From Octopus sinensis (Eukaryota): a DNA stretch of 64,000 nucleotides. The notes under the pieces are model-generated. The model searched no databases and was not told the DNA's origin. It saw only the letters and a list, made by a program, of their open reading frames with translations. The stretch is from NCBI RefSeq assembly GCF_006345805.1, contig NC_042999.1:14136001-14200000 (forward strand), given 5' to 3'. This document shows positions 24,991-38,272 of this stretch, piece by piece. Position numbers and translations under genes: made by a program. Numbering within the stretch: position 1 is the stretch's first letter; every line of letters starts with the position of its first letter.

Positions 24991-25538
24991 TATATTCCTT
25001 GCCTAGGGCAATTCTCTCTCTACTTATGCAGAATGGTAAAAATAACAAACGGTGCAAAAATGATGATTGAAATGTTACCTGGATGATAGTGAAAATTATT
25101 GCCTCAATACATGGTTTTTTGAGCTTATTTTTGTTCCTTCATTCTCTCACTCTTTCTCTCTCTCCCCTACCTTTTTTTTTCCTTACCATTTTTTTTTTCT
25201 TTTACAGAATTCTGATTCTGAAAAGGGAATCCCACAAGAGGCAGCTGAATGCCATTTCTCATTTAAATAACAGAGTTAATAGAACACGTGTGATTTTTCT
25301 CTCTTCTTTTTTTTTTTTTTTAAATTTTAAATTGAATCCACACTTATTTGCACATAAACGCACAATCACACATACATACACACACTAACACTCCCCCCCA
25401 CACACACGCACACACTCATACACAACACTCACATACACATGCACATACATGCATGTATATATGTGTGTACACTCGTCCACATCTAATTTCGTAAGTTGAC
25501 ACCAATGATAATAATAACAATAATAATAACGATAATAA

Positions 25539-25572
<34 letters not shown>

Positions 25573-26089
25573 GTAGTCATGATGATTATGATGATAATAA
25601 TCTTGATGGTCTCTTGTTAATTTATTAATAGAAAAGTAGTTGTTGTTGTTGTTGTTGTTTAAACTTCACTTACTGAACTGAATGTGGCTGTCTTTTCCTT
25701 TTTTTTTTACCTTTTAATGCCAGTCCATATTATAATTTAGACAAATTGGCTAGAAGATACATATCTTTTACGTAACTTTTGTTACTGAACAAAAATGATA
25801 ATGATGATGATGGTGATGATGCCACCACCACCACCACCACCATCACCACCACCACCACAACCACCACCACCACCACCACCATCATCACCACCATCATCAC
25901 CACCACCAACACCACCACCAACACCACAACCATCATCATTCTTGTTTCCTTTGTATGTTGTAGGTTGTATCAAACAGATTGGTTGACTCTACCTGATAAT
26001 AATGATGATGATGATGATAATAATAATAATGATAATAATAATAATAATAATAATAATAATAGTAATAATAATAATAATAACAATAATAA

Positions 26090-26412
26090 TAGCTGTGTGT
26101 TGAAAGGAATTCTTGGAGGTTTGGATAATTCACCTTTGGAAACAGGGGTGGTTCGTTCAACATCCTTAAACAATCCTTATTCAGGGACCTTTTGAGTGGA
26201 ATGGGCTACTCATCGAGAAGAAAATTCTAAATGGGCCCCACCTGTAAGGTCATGCGCCGTTTATCTTGATATGAGATCACCATGTCGCACACATATGGTT
26301 GTGATGCATATGCCTGGTGTACCCTTATCAGGCAGGTAGTCATGCTGGGTATACTGGGCTTCGTATATTTTACCCCAGTGTCACTTTGATGGCATGCACT
26401 GCTCTCATACTC
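26090..26412 (+). mobile_element. Unclassified retroposon ending in (AAT)n
   Basis: 3' end tgatggcatgcactgctctc(a/t)(t/c)actcaataat recurs at 46101-46145. Confidence 0.6.
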
Positions 26413-26442
26413 AATAATAATAATAATAATAATAATGATAAT

Positions 26443-26705
26443 CTAAAAACAGAAACAATTCCTATCATAGTAGGTGCATTAGGCATGATAAAAAAATATT
26501 CAGACAAATACATAACAAAAACATCAGGACTTACAAACACATATAACACAGAAAATTGCACTACTAGGCACTGCACACATCCTACGCAGAACACTTTCAA
26601 TACAGAAACCATCAGAGCATCACAACAAATCACAGCACATACCCAAGGCACACAGAGCTGTGCTCGGTAGTGAAGTGAAAGCATGCTATAAAAATATAAC
26701 TATTG
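26443..26705 (+). mobile_element. 5'-truncated Dong/R4-like RLE LINE within (AAT)n
   Basis: TETIPIIVGALG...QKIALLGTAHILRRTLSI (one frameshift), the C-terminus of restriction-like endonuclease LINEs. Confidence 0.8.
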
Positions 26706-26751
26706 AATAATAATAATAATAATGATAATAATAATAATAATAATAATAATG

Positions 26752-26820
<69 letters not shown>

Positions 26821-27734
26821 GATCACATCTCGCTCCTCTGGAGCTTCACTGTTCAAACTGACAGAAACATAGATATGAATAGGCCAGACATATATTGCAT
26901 AAATACATATAGAGGCAAATCAAAAAGTCTCAAGCTGATGAGATGATAGTTCACAATAATCCATAAGAGAAGTCCTCAAATGAATCCAATAAATATGAAA
27001 GAATCTTACGGCTGTTTCTGAGAATGGGCAAAGAGGCATGTAGGTAAAACCTTTTTAACTCCAGTAATCTGCATTTCCTTCATCAAAGAGTACGCATGGA
27101 TTCAGAATTTTAAATAGAACCATAAAATTATTCATGATATTGTAGAAATATGTTTAAGCTGTTGTAATTATATATATATACATACACATGTCGTGTCAGT
27201 GACACGTAAAAGCACCAACCAATCATGGCCGTTTGCCAGCCTCCTCTGGCCCCTGTGCTAGTGCCACGTAAAAAACACCCACTACACTCACGGAGTGGTT
27301 GGCGTTAGGAAGGGCATCCAGCTGTAGAAACACTGCCAAACCAGACTGGAGCCTGGTGCAGCCTCCATAGCTTACCAGACCCCAGTCGAACCGAACAACT
27401 CATGCTAGCATGGAAAACGAACGTTAAATGATGATGAGGATGATGATGATGATGATACATATATATATATCAAGGGTTGAACAGAAAGAACACAACAAGG
27501 AGAAAAAATTATACAAACACAGAGCAAACAAGAAACTAGATGACAAATTAATGGATGAGAAATTTAGACGAAGACATGATGCACCGAATATTCGCCGCTG
27601 AGGTTTCCTCATCGGTCAATGACCCAAAATACACACACACACACAGGTATATATATTTGAAAAAAAATGAATAGTGATGGCATTTTTGTGGGGATAATTT
27701 TTATTTTAATCTTAATAATAATGTTTACAGTAAG

Positions 27735-28128
27735 GCGGAGAGCTGGCAGGAACGTTGATATGCCAGGTGAAATGCTTAGTGGTATTTCGTCTGCCACTAC
27801 GTTCTGAGTTCAAATTCCGCCGAGGTCGACTTTGCCTTTCATCTTTTCGGGGTCGATAAACTAAGTACCAGTTACGCACTGGGGTCAGTATAATCAACTT
27901 AATCCATTTGTCTGTCCTTGTTTGTCCCCTCTGTGTGTAGGCCCTCGTGGGTAATAAAGAAATAGGTATTTCATCTGTTTTTATGTTCTGAGTTCAAATT
28001 CCACTGAGGTCGACTTTGCCTTTCATCCTTTCGGGGTTGATAAATTAAATACCAGTCACATACTGAGGTTGATCTAATTGCCTGGTCCCCTCCCCCAAAA
28101 TTTCGGGCTTTGTGCTTAGAGCAGAAAA
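27735..28128 (+). mobile_element. SINE family A1 + A2 dimer
   Basis: Junction aaataggtatttcatc at about 27961-27976. Confidence 0.85.
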
Positions 28129-28495
28129 GAATAATGATGTTTACAGTAAGTTACTCTGATATGAGCTTCAAGCTTCAAGTAGCCATTTTCAAACTGAAAA
28201 TTGTATGTTTTACTGCTTGCTTAAATTACAAAAGATTTTTTCTTACAAGTATACATGCCAAAAAAAAACATACACACAAAAAAAATATTTGTTACATGTG
28301 GTTTACAAAAAAAATATATATAAACTATATATATATCAGGAGTTGGTGTGTGGTAAGAAGCTTATTTACCAACCACATGGTTCCTGGTTCAGTCTCACTA
28401 CATGGCACCTTGAGCAAGTGTCTTCTACTATAGCCTCAGGCCCATCAAAGTCTTGCAAGTGGATTTGGTAGACGGAAACTGAAAGAAACCCATTT

Positions 28496-28545
<50 letters not shown>

Positions 28546-29154
28546 TATATATGTATATGTGTATATGTGTTTGTCCCCCCAGCATCATTTGTCAACCAAA
28601 GCTGGTGTGTTTACATCCCTGTAACTTAGCAATTCAACAAAAGGGACTGATAGAATAAGGACTAGGCTTACAAAAGAATAAGTCCTGGAGCTGATTTACA
28701 CGACTAAAGGTGGTGCTCCAGCATGGCCACAGTCAAGTGACTGAAACAAGTAAAAGAGTAAAAGAAAAACTATATATATACATATATATACATATCTGTT
28801 TGTGTGTGTCTTTGCATTTGTGTTTTTTCCCCACCACTGCTTGACAACAGGTATTGGTTTATTTACATCCCTGTAAATTAGCAGTTCAACAAATGAGACC
28901 AATAAAATATGTACTAAGCTTATAAAAGAAAAAATGTAAGTACTGTGGTTGAACCCTTCAATGAAGTGCCCCAGCATGGCCACAGTCCATTGACTGAAAC
29001 TAGTAAAGAATAAAAAATGTCAGAATAAAGAGACACACACATATATACATATACGATGGGCTTCTTTCAGTTTCCATCTACCATATTTACCCACAAGGCT
29101 TTGCTTGGCCCTTAGTACCATTCAGTGGAACTGAAATAAACTCATCAATCATAC

Positions 29155-29323
29155 AGCCATTCTTGCACCCATCATCCTTCATAATTATATATCTTATTTC
29201 ATATCGTTTTGTGAATGATACAATGATAGTCTCGGTTGATTGAATCAGTTGATTGATTGTTGGTGTACTAGTGAAAAGTTTAATGAAGCGTGCATGTCCT
29301 GTCAGTAATACATCAGTGAATCC
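29155..29323 (-). CDS. Candidate coding exon (GFTDVLLTGHARFIKLFTSTPTINQLIQSTETIIVSFTKRYEIRYIIMKDDG...)
   Basis: Acceptor ttgtctttgtcag, phase 0, within a 101-codon non-repetitive ORF; donor uncertain (29169 or 29155). Confidence 0.35.
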
Positions 29324-29665
29324 CTGACAAAGACAAATATCTTTTAAAGAACCTATTAATGCTTTCTGTAAATAGTTACCGTTTGGAAGCACAGATCACT
29401 GTTGTTTAAACAGTGGGTGCACTGCGTAATTGCTAAGTGTTTCCTTAGCTGACACTGCAGGGATTATGTCCTCCATTGTAGCCATGGAAAAATCATCATT
29501 GAATCACAGTAGCATGTCCTTTTGGTGATGTTGTTGTTGTTGATGATGATGATGTTGATGGAGATGATGACATTGATGATGGTGATGATGATGATGATGT
29601 AAAACTTACTTACAAAGTGCTATTTATAAAGGAAAACCTGTAAAAGTTATACCACACAAGTATCT

Positions 29666-30120
29666 GACAAACCTATTTCTTTATTGCCCACAAGGGGCTA
29701 AACACAGAGGGGACAAACAAGGACAGACAAAGGGATTAAGTCGATTACATCGACCCCAGTGCGTAACTGGTACTTAATTTATCAACCCCGAAAGGATGAA
29801 AGCCAAAGTCGACCTCGGCGGAATTTGAACTTAGAATGTAACGGTAGATGAAATACCGCTAAACATTTCGCCTGGTGTGCTAACGTTTCTGCCAGCTTGC
29901 CGCCTTCAATGTAAGTACTGTGTTTGAACCCTTCAATGAAGTACCTCAGTATTGCCACGGTCCAATGACTGAATCAAGTAAAGAATAAAAAAATGTCAGA
30001 ATAAAGAGACACACACATATATACATATATATATATGATGGGCTTCTTTCAGTTTCCATCTACCATATTTACTCACAAGGCTTTGTTTGGCCCACAGTAC
30101 CATTCAGTGGACAAACCTAT
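29666..30120 (-). mobile_element. Chimeric insertion: SINE A1 plus ~200 bp copied from 28933-29129
   Basis: gacaaacctat at 29666-29676 and 30110-30120 brackets both parts. Confidence 0.75.
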
Positions 30121-30986
30121 ATCAATCAATATCTTTGTGTAACACATTTTGATTCATGAGATCCTGTTCTAATTCTCAGCAAATGATACCATATCAATTG
30201 GTGATATTAGCTGTGATACATAACATGGTGAACTGGCAGAATCATTAACACACTTGACAAAATTCTTAGCTGCATTTTGTCCATCTTTATGTTCCGAATC
30301 CAAATGCCACCAGGGTCGACTTTGTCTTGCATCCTTTTGGGGTCAATAAAATAAGTACCATTTGAGCACTGGGACTGATGTAACTGACTTACCACCTCCC
30401 CCCAAACTGCTGGCCTTGTGCCAAAATTTGGAACTAATATCATCTGTGGTATATTTGTCTCCTATCCTGGAAAGATTTAACTCTTTATATCTACTTGTTG
30501 TACACCGTACAATTAGTGCTGGATTGTAACTCTGAAAAACCCCTTTAAATACTACTTAGATTGCATTTCCATTAACATTGACAATGGTTTAAAGACTATG
30601 CCATAGCTGTTCCATTCTGTGTCATTAGGGTCTTTATAGGCCTAGTGTTTATTTCCTGGCAGTGGCAGATCTACCATAAAACTAATGAAGCTTAACTTTT
30701 AGGGCCCCTAATCCCAAAGCAACTTGATTTTTACATTCTATCAATTTTTTTTTTCATAGCATCCATGTTGGTGACCAACCTATCATGACCGTTTGCCAGC
30801 CTCCTCTGGCCCTTGTGCTAGTGGCACATAAAAAGCACCCACTACACTCACGGAGTGGTTGGCATTAGGAAGGGCATCCAGCTGTAGAAACACTGCCAGA
30901 TCAGACTGGAGCCTGGCGCAGCCTACTGGCTTCCCAGACCCCTGTCAAACTGTCCAACCCATGCTAGCATGGAAAATGGGTGTTAA

Positions 30987-31022
<36 letters not shown>

Positions 31023-31219
31023 TATTTTGCAATGCAGATTGCTGTTACCAGTCTTAGTGAACATAATATCATACTCCTATGCAGAATCTAGACACTCAGT
31101 GTCTAGCCACAAGTTGCTCACCTGCTGTTTCTGCCGATATAGAGTAGCATAAAAATTAAAAATACAAACAACTTGCAGGCAGATAATTTGCTTTACTTGA
31201 ATTATTCTTGAAACTTCAG

Positions 31220-31271
31220 CCCGGCCCCTCTCATTGTCTAATATGTTCATTACTACATCAGCACAGTAGAG
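31220..31271 (+). CDS. Candidate exon C (PGPSHCLICSLLHQHSR)
   Basis: cttcag acceptor, gag|gtaaga donor; phase 0 in, phase 1 out. Confidence 0.4.
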
Positions 31272-31758
31272 GTAAGAATTCTTAAGGTCGCGAGCTGGCA
31301 GGAACACTTAAAGGTATTTCGTCTGTCTCTATGTTCTGTGAAATACTTAGGGGTATTTCGTTTGTCTTTATGTTCTGAGTTCAAATTCCCCCAAGGTCGA
31401 CTTTGCCCTTCATTCTTTCAGGTTCAATAAATTAAGTACTATTTGTGTACTGGGCTCAATCTAATTGACTGGACCCCTCCCCCAAAATTTCGGGCTTTGT
31501 GCCTAGAGTAGAAAAATACATAGAGATAAGGATTCTTATTTTCATACCATTATGTAATGACCAATGAAAGGGTCAACTCTGAAAAACCCCTTTAAATACA
31601 AGTTAGGTTGCATTTACATTAACATGACAATAGCTTAAAGACTATGCCATAGCTATTTCATTCTGTATCATTAGGGTGTTATAGGCCTAGTGTTTATTTT
31701 CTGGTGTTCCATAACATTAAGTAAATGAGAAATAAATCTCTTTTCACTCTCTACATAG

Positions 31759-31776
31759 AATGTGAATCTAGCACAG
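31759..31776 (+). CDS. Candidate 18-nt micro-exon D (ECESST)
   Basis: Strong polypyrimidine acceptor ctcttttcactctctacatag, donor cag|gtaaat; phase 1-1. Confidence 0.4.
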
Positions 31777-33559
31777 GTAAATTTTTCCCTTCAGTAGGAA
31801 TTGAGCTGAATTCTGTACGGCAAGGATTAGTTCTGATATTTACGACAGTAAATTATAGTCTCTTGTGAACCTTCTTTCTGTGAGATGATCTTGGGTCTTA
31901 GAATAGGATGAGCAGCAACATTGACCTTTGAACTCTCCAACTAATGCCAGCATGGAAGCTAGACATTAGATGCTGATGAGGATGATGTTGATGATGGTGA
32001 TAATGATAATAGTGATGGAGAATAAGTAGAAAGTGGTGGTGGTGGTGGTGATAGTTAGGATCATGATGGTGATGATGATGATTATATATCTTTATATATA
32101 GGTGTAGGAGTGGCTGTGTGGTAAGTAGTTTGCTTACCAACCACATTATTCTGGGTTCAGTCCCACTTCATGGCACCTTGGGCAAGTGTCTTCTACTATA
32201 GCCTCGAGCTGACCAAAGCCTTGTGAGTGGATTTGGTAGATGGAAACTGGAAGAAGCCCGTTGTATGTGTATGTGTGTTTGTGTGCGTGTGTGTGTGTTT
32301 GTGTGTCTATGTTTGTCCCCCAACATCGCTTGACAGCCGATGCTTGTGTGTTTACATCCCCGTAATCTAGCAGTTCAGCGAGGGAGACCGATAAAATAAG
32401 TGCTGAGCTTACAAAGAATAAGCTCTGGGGTCGATTTGCTGGTCTAAAGGCAGTGCTCTAGCATGGCCACAGTCAAATGACTGAAACAAGTAAAAGAATA
32501 AAAGAATAAGAGAATAAATATACACACACATGTGATGGGTGTTGTTTCTTTCTCCCAAATTCCAATCACAAAGTATTTGTTGGACCCAGGCCATTACTTT
32601 TACTTTCACTTTACTCTGTTTGTTTCAGTCATTAGATTGTGCCCACGCTGGAGCACACCTTGAAGAATTTTATTAGAAAAATATCACCCTCTGTACTTTT
32701 TTTAAAACCTGATGCTTATTCTATCGGTCACTTTTGCCGAACTACTAAGTTACAGGGATGTAAAAACACCAACATTAGTTGTCAAACAGTGGCAGGGACA
32801 AATGTGTGCGTGTGCACACACACACACACACACACGCACACATACATACCATACACAACAAGCTTTTTTCAGTTTCTGTTCACCACATCCTCTAACAAGG
32901 CTTTGGTTGACCCAAGGTTAGAGTATAAGACACTCATCCAAGGTACCAAGTAGTGGGACTGAACCTGGAACCAGGCGGTTAAGAAGCAAAGTTCTTACCA
33001 CTCAGCTATGCTTGTGCCTCTAGAAAAGAAGCATCGTCTGGGTTGCATGCAGTGGAACCAAACCTGGAAACCACGAGGTTGCAAAAGTGAACTCATTAAC
33101 CAGACATCCATACAATGCACTGCCAACTGCACCGTCTAATAAAGGTCACAGAAAGGCCTGGAGAAAGGAATTAGCGAATATTATTGTTGGAAATGCGATA
33201 GAAGCATATCCAAAGACACAATCTTTGTTGTGCAATAGCGTTAATAGGATTAATTCAAATGCATGCAAATGAACAAAACAAAAAAAAAAAGAACAAATCG
33301 ACATAATAGATACAAGGAAAACAAATCACCCTCTTGTGTCATTAAATAATGTTCTGTCTTAGCTTGACCTCAAACGACCTTGCTGAATTTCAAATCCCTG
33401 ATTAAAGCCGTGGAAAACATCAATCTGATGATGGTGGTTGCTTGTCTTTACACCTAACTTTCTCACTAAACAGATTCAGTCGACCACAAACAAACAAATT
33501 ACTGAAGTGTTCAGTCAACTGGAAAAAGATTTTGTAATCTATTAACTAATTACTATTTC

Positions 33560-33611
33560 TGTATACACATGTGTATATAGACATATATGTAAGCATGTGT
33601 GCGTGTGTGTG

Positions 33612-33642
<31 letters not shown>

Positions 33643-33661
33643 ATACACACACACACATATA

Positions 33662-33697
<36 letters not shown>

Positions 33698-33772
33698 TGT
33701 ATGTATGCATGTATGTATATATATATATATACACGTGTGTGTGTGTGTATAATACATATATGCATATATATG

Positions 33773-33825
<53 letters not shown>

Positions 33826-34011
33826 ATATATATATATGATGACATGTACATGTACACATACACTTATAGAGATACAAATATATATGAATGTGTGTATATA
33901 TACATACATCTGTACACATAAATATATAAGGATATATATGTATGTATATATATGTATATGTATGTATATATATATATGTATATATATGTATATACATATA
34001 TATATATATGT

Positions 34012-34077
<66 letters not shown>

Positions 34078-34166
34078 TATATAGGTATGTGTGTACACAC
34101 ACACACATATATATATATATACATACACACACACACATATATATATATATACATACACACACACAC

Positions 34167-34239
<73 letters not shown>

Positions 34240-34260
34240 TAACGTACCCAAACACACACA
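33560..34260. repeat. Long (TA)/(CA)/(TATG) microsatellite
   Basis: Direct reading. Confidence 0.95.
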
Positions 34261-35214
34261 AACATATATAATTCCTGTTGAATCAGAATTACGTCATTAT
34301 CTCACCAGATTTGAACAATGCACTCGTTCACAAGCAAATCAGTGAAACAATATGCTTTTTCAAGAACTTTCCCTTAATCGGCATCATTATCATATTGCAG
34401 TGGGGGGTGAGCAGAGGCAGGTGTGTGAGTGAAACACTAAAAAGCTAGAATAAATAAATACTTCACACTGTGTATATAGTATATTATAGATTATAATCTG
34501 CTAGATCCTGAGTTCAATTCCTGTTGAATCTGACATGGCTTTACACATTTGTGGAAGTCATAAATTATATATCACCCATGTATATAGAATTTAGTCTGCT
34601 AGGTTGCTGACGACCGCTTGGTTCAAAGTCTCTCTTGACCAGAAATGGCCTGAACTCTTTGCATGAACACCCTCCCTGTACATAACTCCATGTCCCCCTA
34701 CATGGCCTTGCTTTTGCTTTTTGAGCCAAAAAATTAACTTAACTTAGGAGTTGCTGTGTGGTAAGTAGCTTGCTTACCAACCACATGGTCCCGGGTTCAG
34801 TCCCACTGTGTGGCACCTTGGGAAAGTGTCTTCTACTATAGCCTCGGGCCGACCAAAGCCTTGTGAGTGGATTTGGCAGACGGAAACTGAAAGAAGCCAT
34901 CGTATATATGTATATATATATATATTTATGTGTGTGTATTTGTTTATGTGTCTGTGTTTGTCCCCCCAACATCGCTTGACAACCGATGCTGGTGTGTTTA
35001 CGTCCCCGTCACTTAGCAGTTCGGCAAAAGAGACCGATAGAATAAGTACTGGGCTTCCAAAGATAGAATAAGTACTGGGCTTCTAAAGGCGGTGCTCCAG
35101 CATGGCCACAGTCAAATGACTGAAACAAGTAAAAGAGTAAAAGAGTAATTCAATTCCTGTTGAACCTGATATTACTTTGCTAATTTCTGGGATTCATAAA
35201 TTACATACAGCCCA

Positions 35215-35482
35215 TGTATTTATTCATCATCATTATCAATTCCGGGATCCCATTGTCTCAAGTCCTTGGACTCATAGCGCTGGTGACCTCGTTTCCATGG
35301 CATAGAAGGGATAACATTTTCTCCTGGACAGGACACTAGTCCATTGAAGGGTTGCTCATTTAGAGGTGAGTAGGTTGGAGAAATGTGAACTGAAGAGTTT
35401 TGCTCAAGAACACAATACATTGCATAGTCTGGGAATCAAAGCCTAGATCATGTGATCATGAATGCAACATTCCAGCCACTAA
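35215..35482 (-). mobile_element. Decayed tRNA-SINE with a V-domain-like body and (GAT)n tail
   Basis: Minus strand: tggcttagtgg head, atggactagtgtcctgtccagg body, gatgatgaa end. Confidence 0.55.
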
Positions 35483-37259
35483 GCCATGCGAGTTTACTAC
35501 CCATGTACAGGGGTTGATGAAATAAAACCCAAATATAATTTGGGAAGCTGACCCAGTCCTCTGCTGGCCCATCTTTAATAAGGCTTTTTTCCAGTATAAA
35601 AATATAGATTTTTTCACCTATTCTAAGTAATCATCATCATCATCATCATCACCACCAAAGCCAACACCACCACCACTACCACCGCCATCATCATCATCAC
35701 CATCATCATCACCACCACCACCACCACCACCACCACCACCACCATCATCATCATCATCGTCAAACATCTATTTTCCATGCCAGCAGGGAAAACGTTGGAC
35801 AGTTTGACAGGGGCTGGCAGACCGGAGAGCTGCACCAGGTCCCCATTCTTTGTTTTGGTATGGTTTTTATGGCTGGATGACTTTCTTAGTGCTGTGAGGA
35901 ACCAGCACAGGTGCTTTTTACGTAGTACCAACACATTATCATTGTTATTACCTTTCATCCTTTCATGTTGAATGAAATAATTACCAGTTGAGCACTGGGG
36001 ACAATATAATCAATGTAACCCCTTCATGAAATTGCTGGCCTTGTGCCAAAATTTGAAGCCATTATCATGACTGGTCTTATGCCCTCGTCTCAAAATTAAT
36101 CTTATTCACTGTCTTTAATAATTTCTCTTTTCTCATCTGCAAATATTTTAGTAAGCTATTTCTTTCTTTCCCTCTGTACACACTCTTCCAAAGCAATTAA
36201 GCCTCTTGCACCCTGGTCTCTCTCTTCAAGTATAACCAGTTAATATCAGCTTTCTGGTGTTGGTCTCCATACATTGTCAACAGTTTTCTAGTTTTTTTCT
36301 GTCGAGTTTCTGTATATTGCTTTTGGTCCAATCTACAATTTCAATTCCATATCTAATTACCGGTACTGTTCTAGCATTTATTGCTTCAATAGCAGTTTTT
36401 TAATTCAACTTTGACAGCAATATTTCACTCATGCTCCATGTATACTCCCTACACGTAATTTGATTATTATTATTGTTATTATTAATAATCCTCCCCGTCA
36501 GATTTTTTGTTTTTAAAATTTTGTATGCTATGTATACGTCAGTTCTTTTTCAGTGTATACTCTTTACTTGTTTCAGTCATTTGAATGCGGCCATGCTGGA
36601 GCACCGCCTTTAGTCGAGCAAATCGACCCTGGGACTTATTCTTTGTAAGCCCAGTACTTATTCTATCAGCCTCTTTTGCCGAACCGCTAAGTGACAGGGA
36701 CGTAAACACACCAGCATCGGTTGACAAGCAATGCTAGAGGGACAAACACAGACACACAAACATATATATACACATACACATATATATACATATATACGAC
36801 AGGCTTCTTTCAGTTTCCGTCTACCAAATCCACTCACAAGGCTTTGGTCGGCCCGAGGCTATAGCAGAAGACATTTGCCCAAGATGCCACACAGTGGGAC
36901 TGAACCCAGAACCATGTGGCTGGTTAGCAAGCTACTTACCACACAGCCACACCTGCGCCTATACTGTGTATACTTTCTTTCTTTCACTTTTCTTCTTTCT
37001 TTTTATCATTTCATCATACTAGTAAATCTACTCATCTACAATTGAGGCATAAAATGAGGAAGGGAAGTCATAACAGCTGTATGTATTGAGAAATGTGTAA
37101 ATAGACTTGATAGATTGGATGTCTTAAAGATATCACATTATTGTTGGTGATAGAGCATTCTATTGCAGTTATATGACATATGTTTGTGACTCAGTGACAT
37201 GTGGTGATGGCTTACTCTCAATCTGAAATAAGCTCCCAGCCTCTAGTAGTTGTAGCTGA

Positions 37260-37680
37260 TGTCAGTGCCGCCTGACTGGCTCTCGTGCTGGTGGCATGCA
37301 ATAAGCACCATTCATGTGTGGGTCATTGTCAGTGCCGCCTGACTGGCTCCCTGTGCCGGTGGCATGTGAAAAGTACCATCCGAACATGGTCGATGCCAGC
37401 CCCCACCACTCCAACTGGCTTCTGTGCTGGTGGCACGCAAAAGCACCATCTGAACGTGGCCAATGCCAGTGTCGCCTGACTGGCTCCCATACAGGTGGCA
37501 CGTAAAAAGCACCCACTACACTCTCAGAGTGGCTGGCATAAGGAAGGGCATCCAGCTGTAGAGACATTGCCAGATCAGATTGGAGCCTGGTGCGGCCTCC
37601 TGGCTTGCCAGTCCCCAGTTAAACCATCCAACCTATGCCAGTAAGGAAAACAGATGTTAAACAATGATGATGAAGATGAT
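37260..37680 (+). mobile_element. RTE 3'UTR fragment, 4-5 decayed units
   Basis: Same unit and tail as 10140-10856. Further copies at about 27190, 30770 and 40745(-). Confidence 0.8.
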
Positions 37681-38102
37681 TATTATTATTATTAAGGCAG
37701 CAAGCTAGCAGAATTGTTAGCATGTTGGGTGAAATGCTTGGCAGTTTTTTTGCTTCCATCTTCATCTGAGTTCAAATCGTGTGTAAAGAGTATACATATA
37801 CAGTGGATTTCTGCACAGTTTTCATGTGAAATTTCAAAATTTCAAACCCAGAGCTACATTTAAAGAAAACACTCGGCCAGACTGCTGCACAGTGATATAG
37901 AACCCCAAACCACCCAAACCATATGTCAGCCAAGTGAACTACTTGACCACACAACCATGCCTGCATCCATACATCCCTGACCCAACAGCACCATTCTTAT
38001 TATGTCCCTATCCTTCTAAACTCAAGTGCTAAAACACAAAACTGGAAAAACTACTAAAGAATAGCAAAAGCAACGAATTATTCTTATTTTTCTTCTCTTC
38101 AG

Positions 38103-38272
38103 TCATTCAAGAGCACATATCATGGACATTTCTTGATGCCAACAGTTTAGTTGCCATTGAGGAATTAATTGAAGTATTACAAAAGTGTCTCAGAAATCAG
38201 AATTATGGGCTGAAGTCCAAAAATATTCTGAAGAATAAGATGACCAAGACGAAAGAAGAAAATTGTAATTAA
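38103..38272 (+). CDS. Candidate terminal coding exon E (VIQEHISWTFLDANSLVAIEELIEVLQKCLRNQNYGLKSKNILKNKMTKTKEENCN*)
   Basis: Very strong acceptor ttcttatttttcttctcttcag; 55 open codons in AT-rich unique DNA; phase 1 matches exon D. Confidence 0.55.

Noticed and set aside
25208-25270. Strong plus-strand acceptor followed by NSDSEKGIPQEAAECHFSFK*
   Set aside because: No clear donor, and a stop occurs in the phase needed; it could be an alternative last exon but there is no supporting evidence.
27590-27625. Second hammerhead candidate ccgatgaggaaacctcagcgg (minus strand)
   Set aside because: It forms a simple hairpin; no stem II-GAAA arrangement could be drawn.
33542-34271. YI/HT-repeat ORFs (also at 24075-24987 and 49517-50272)
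   Set aside because: Translations of dinucleotide microsatellites.
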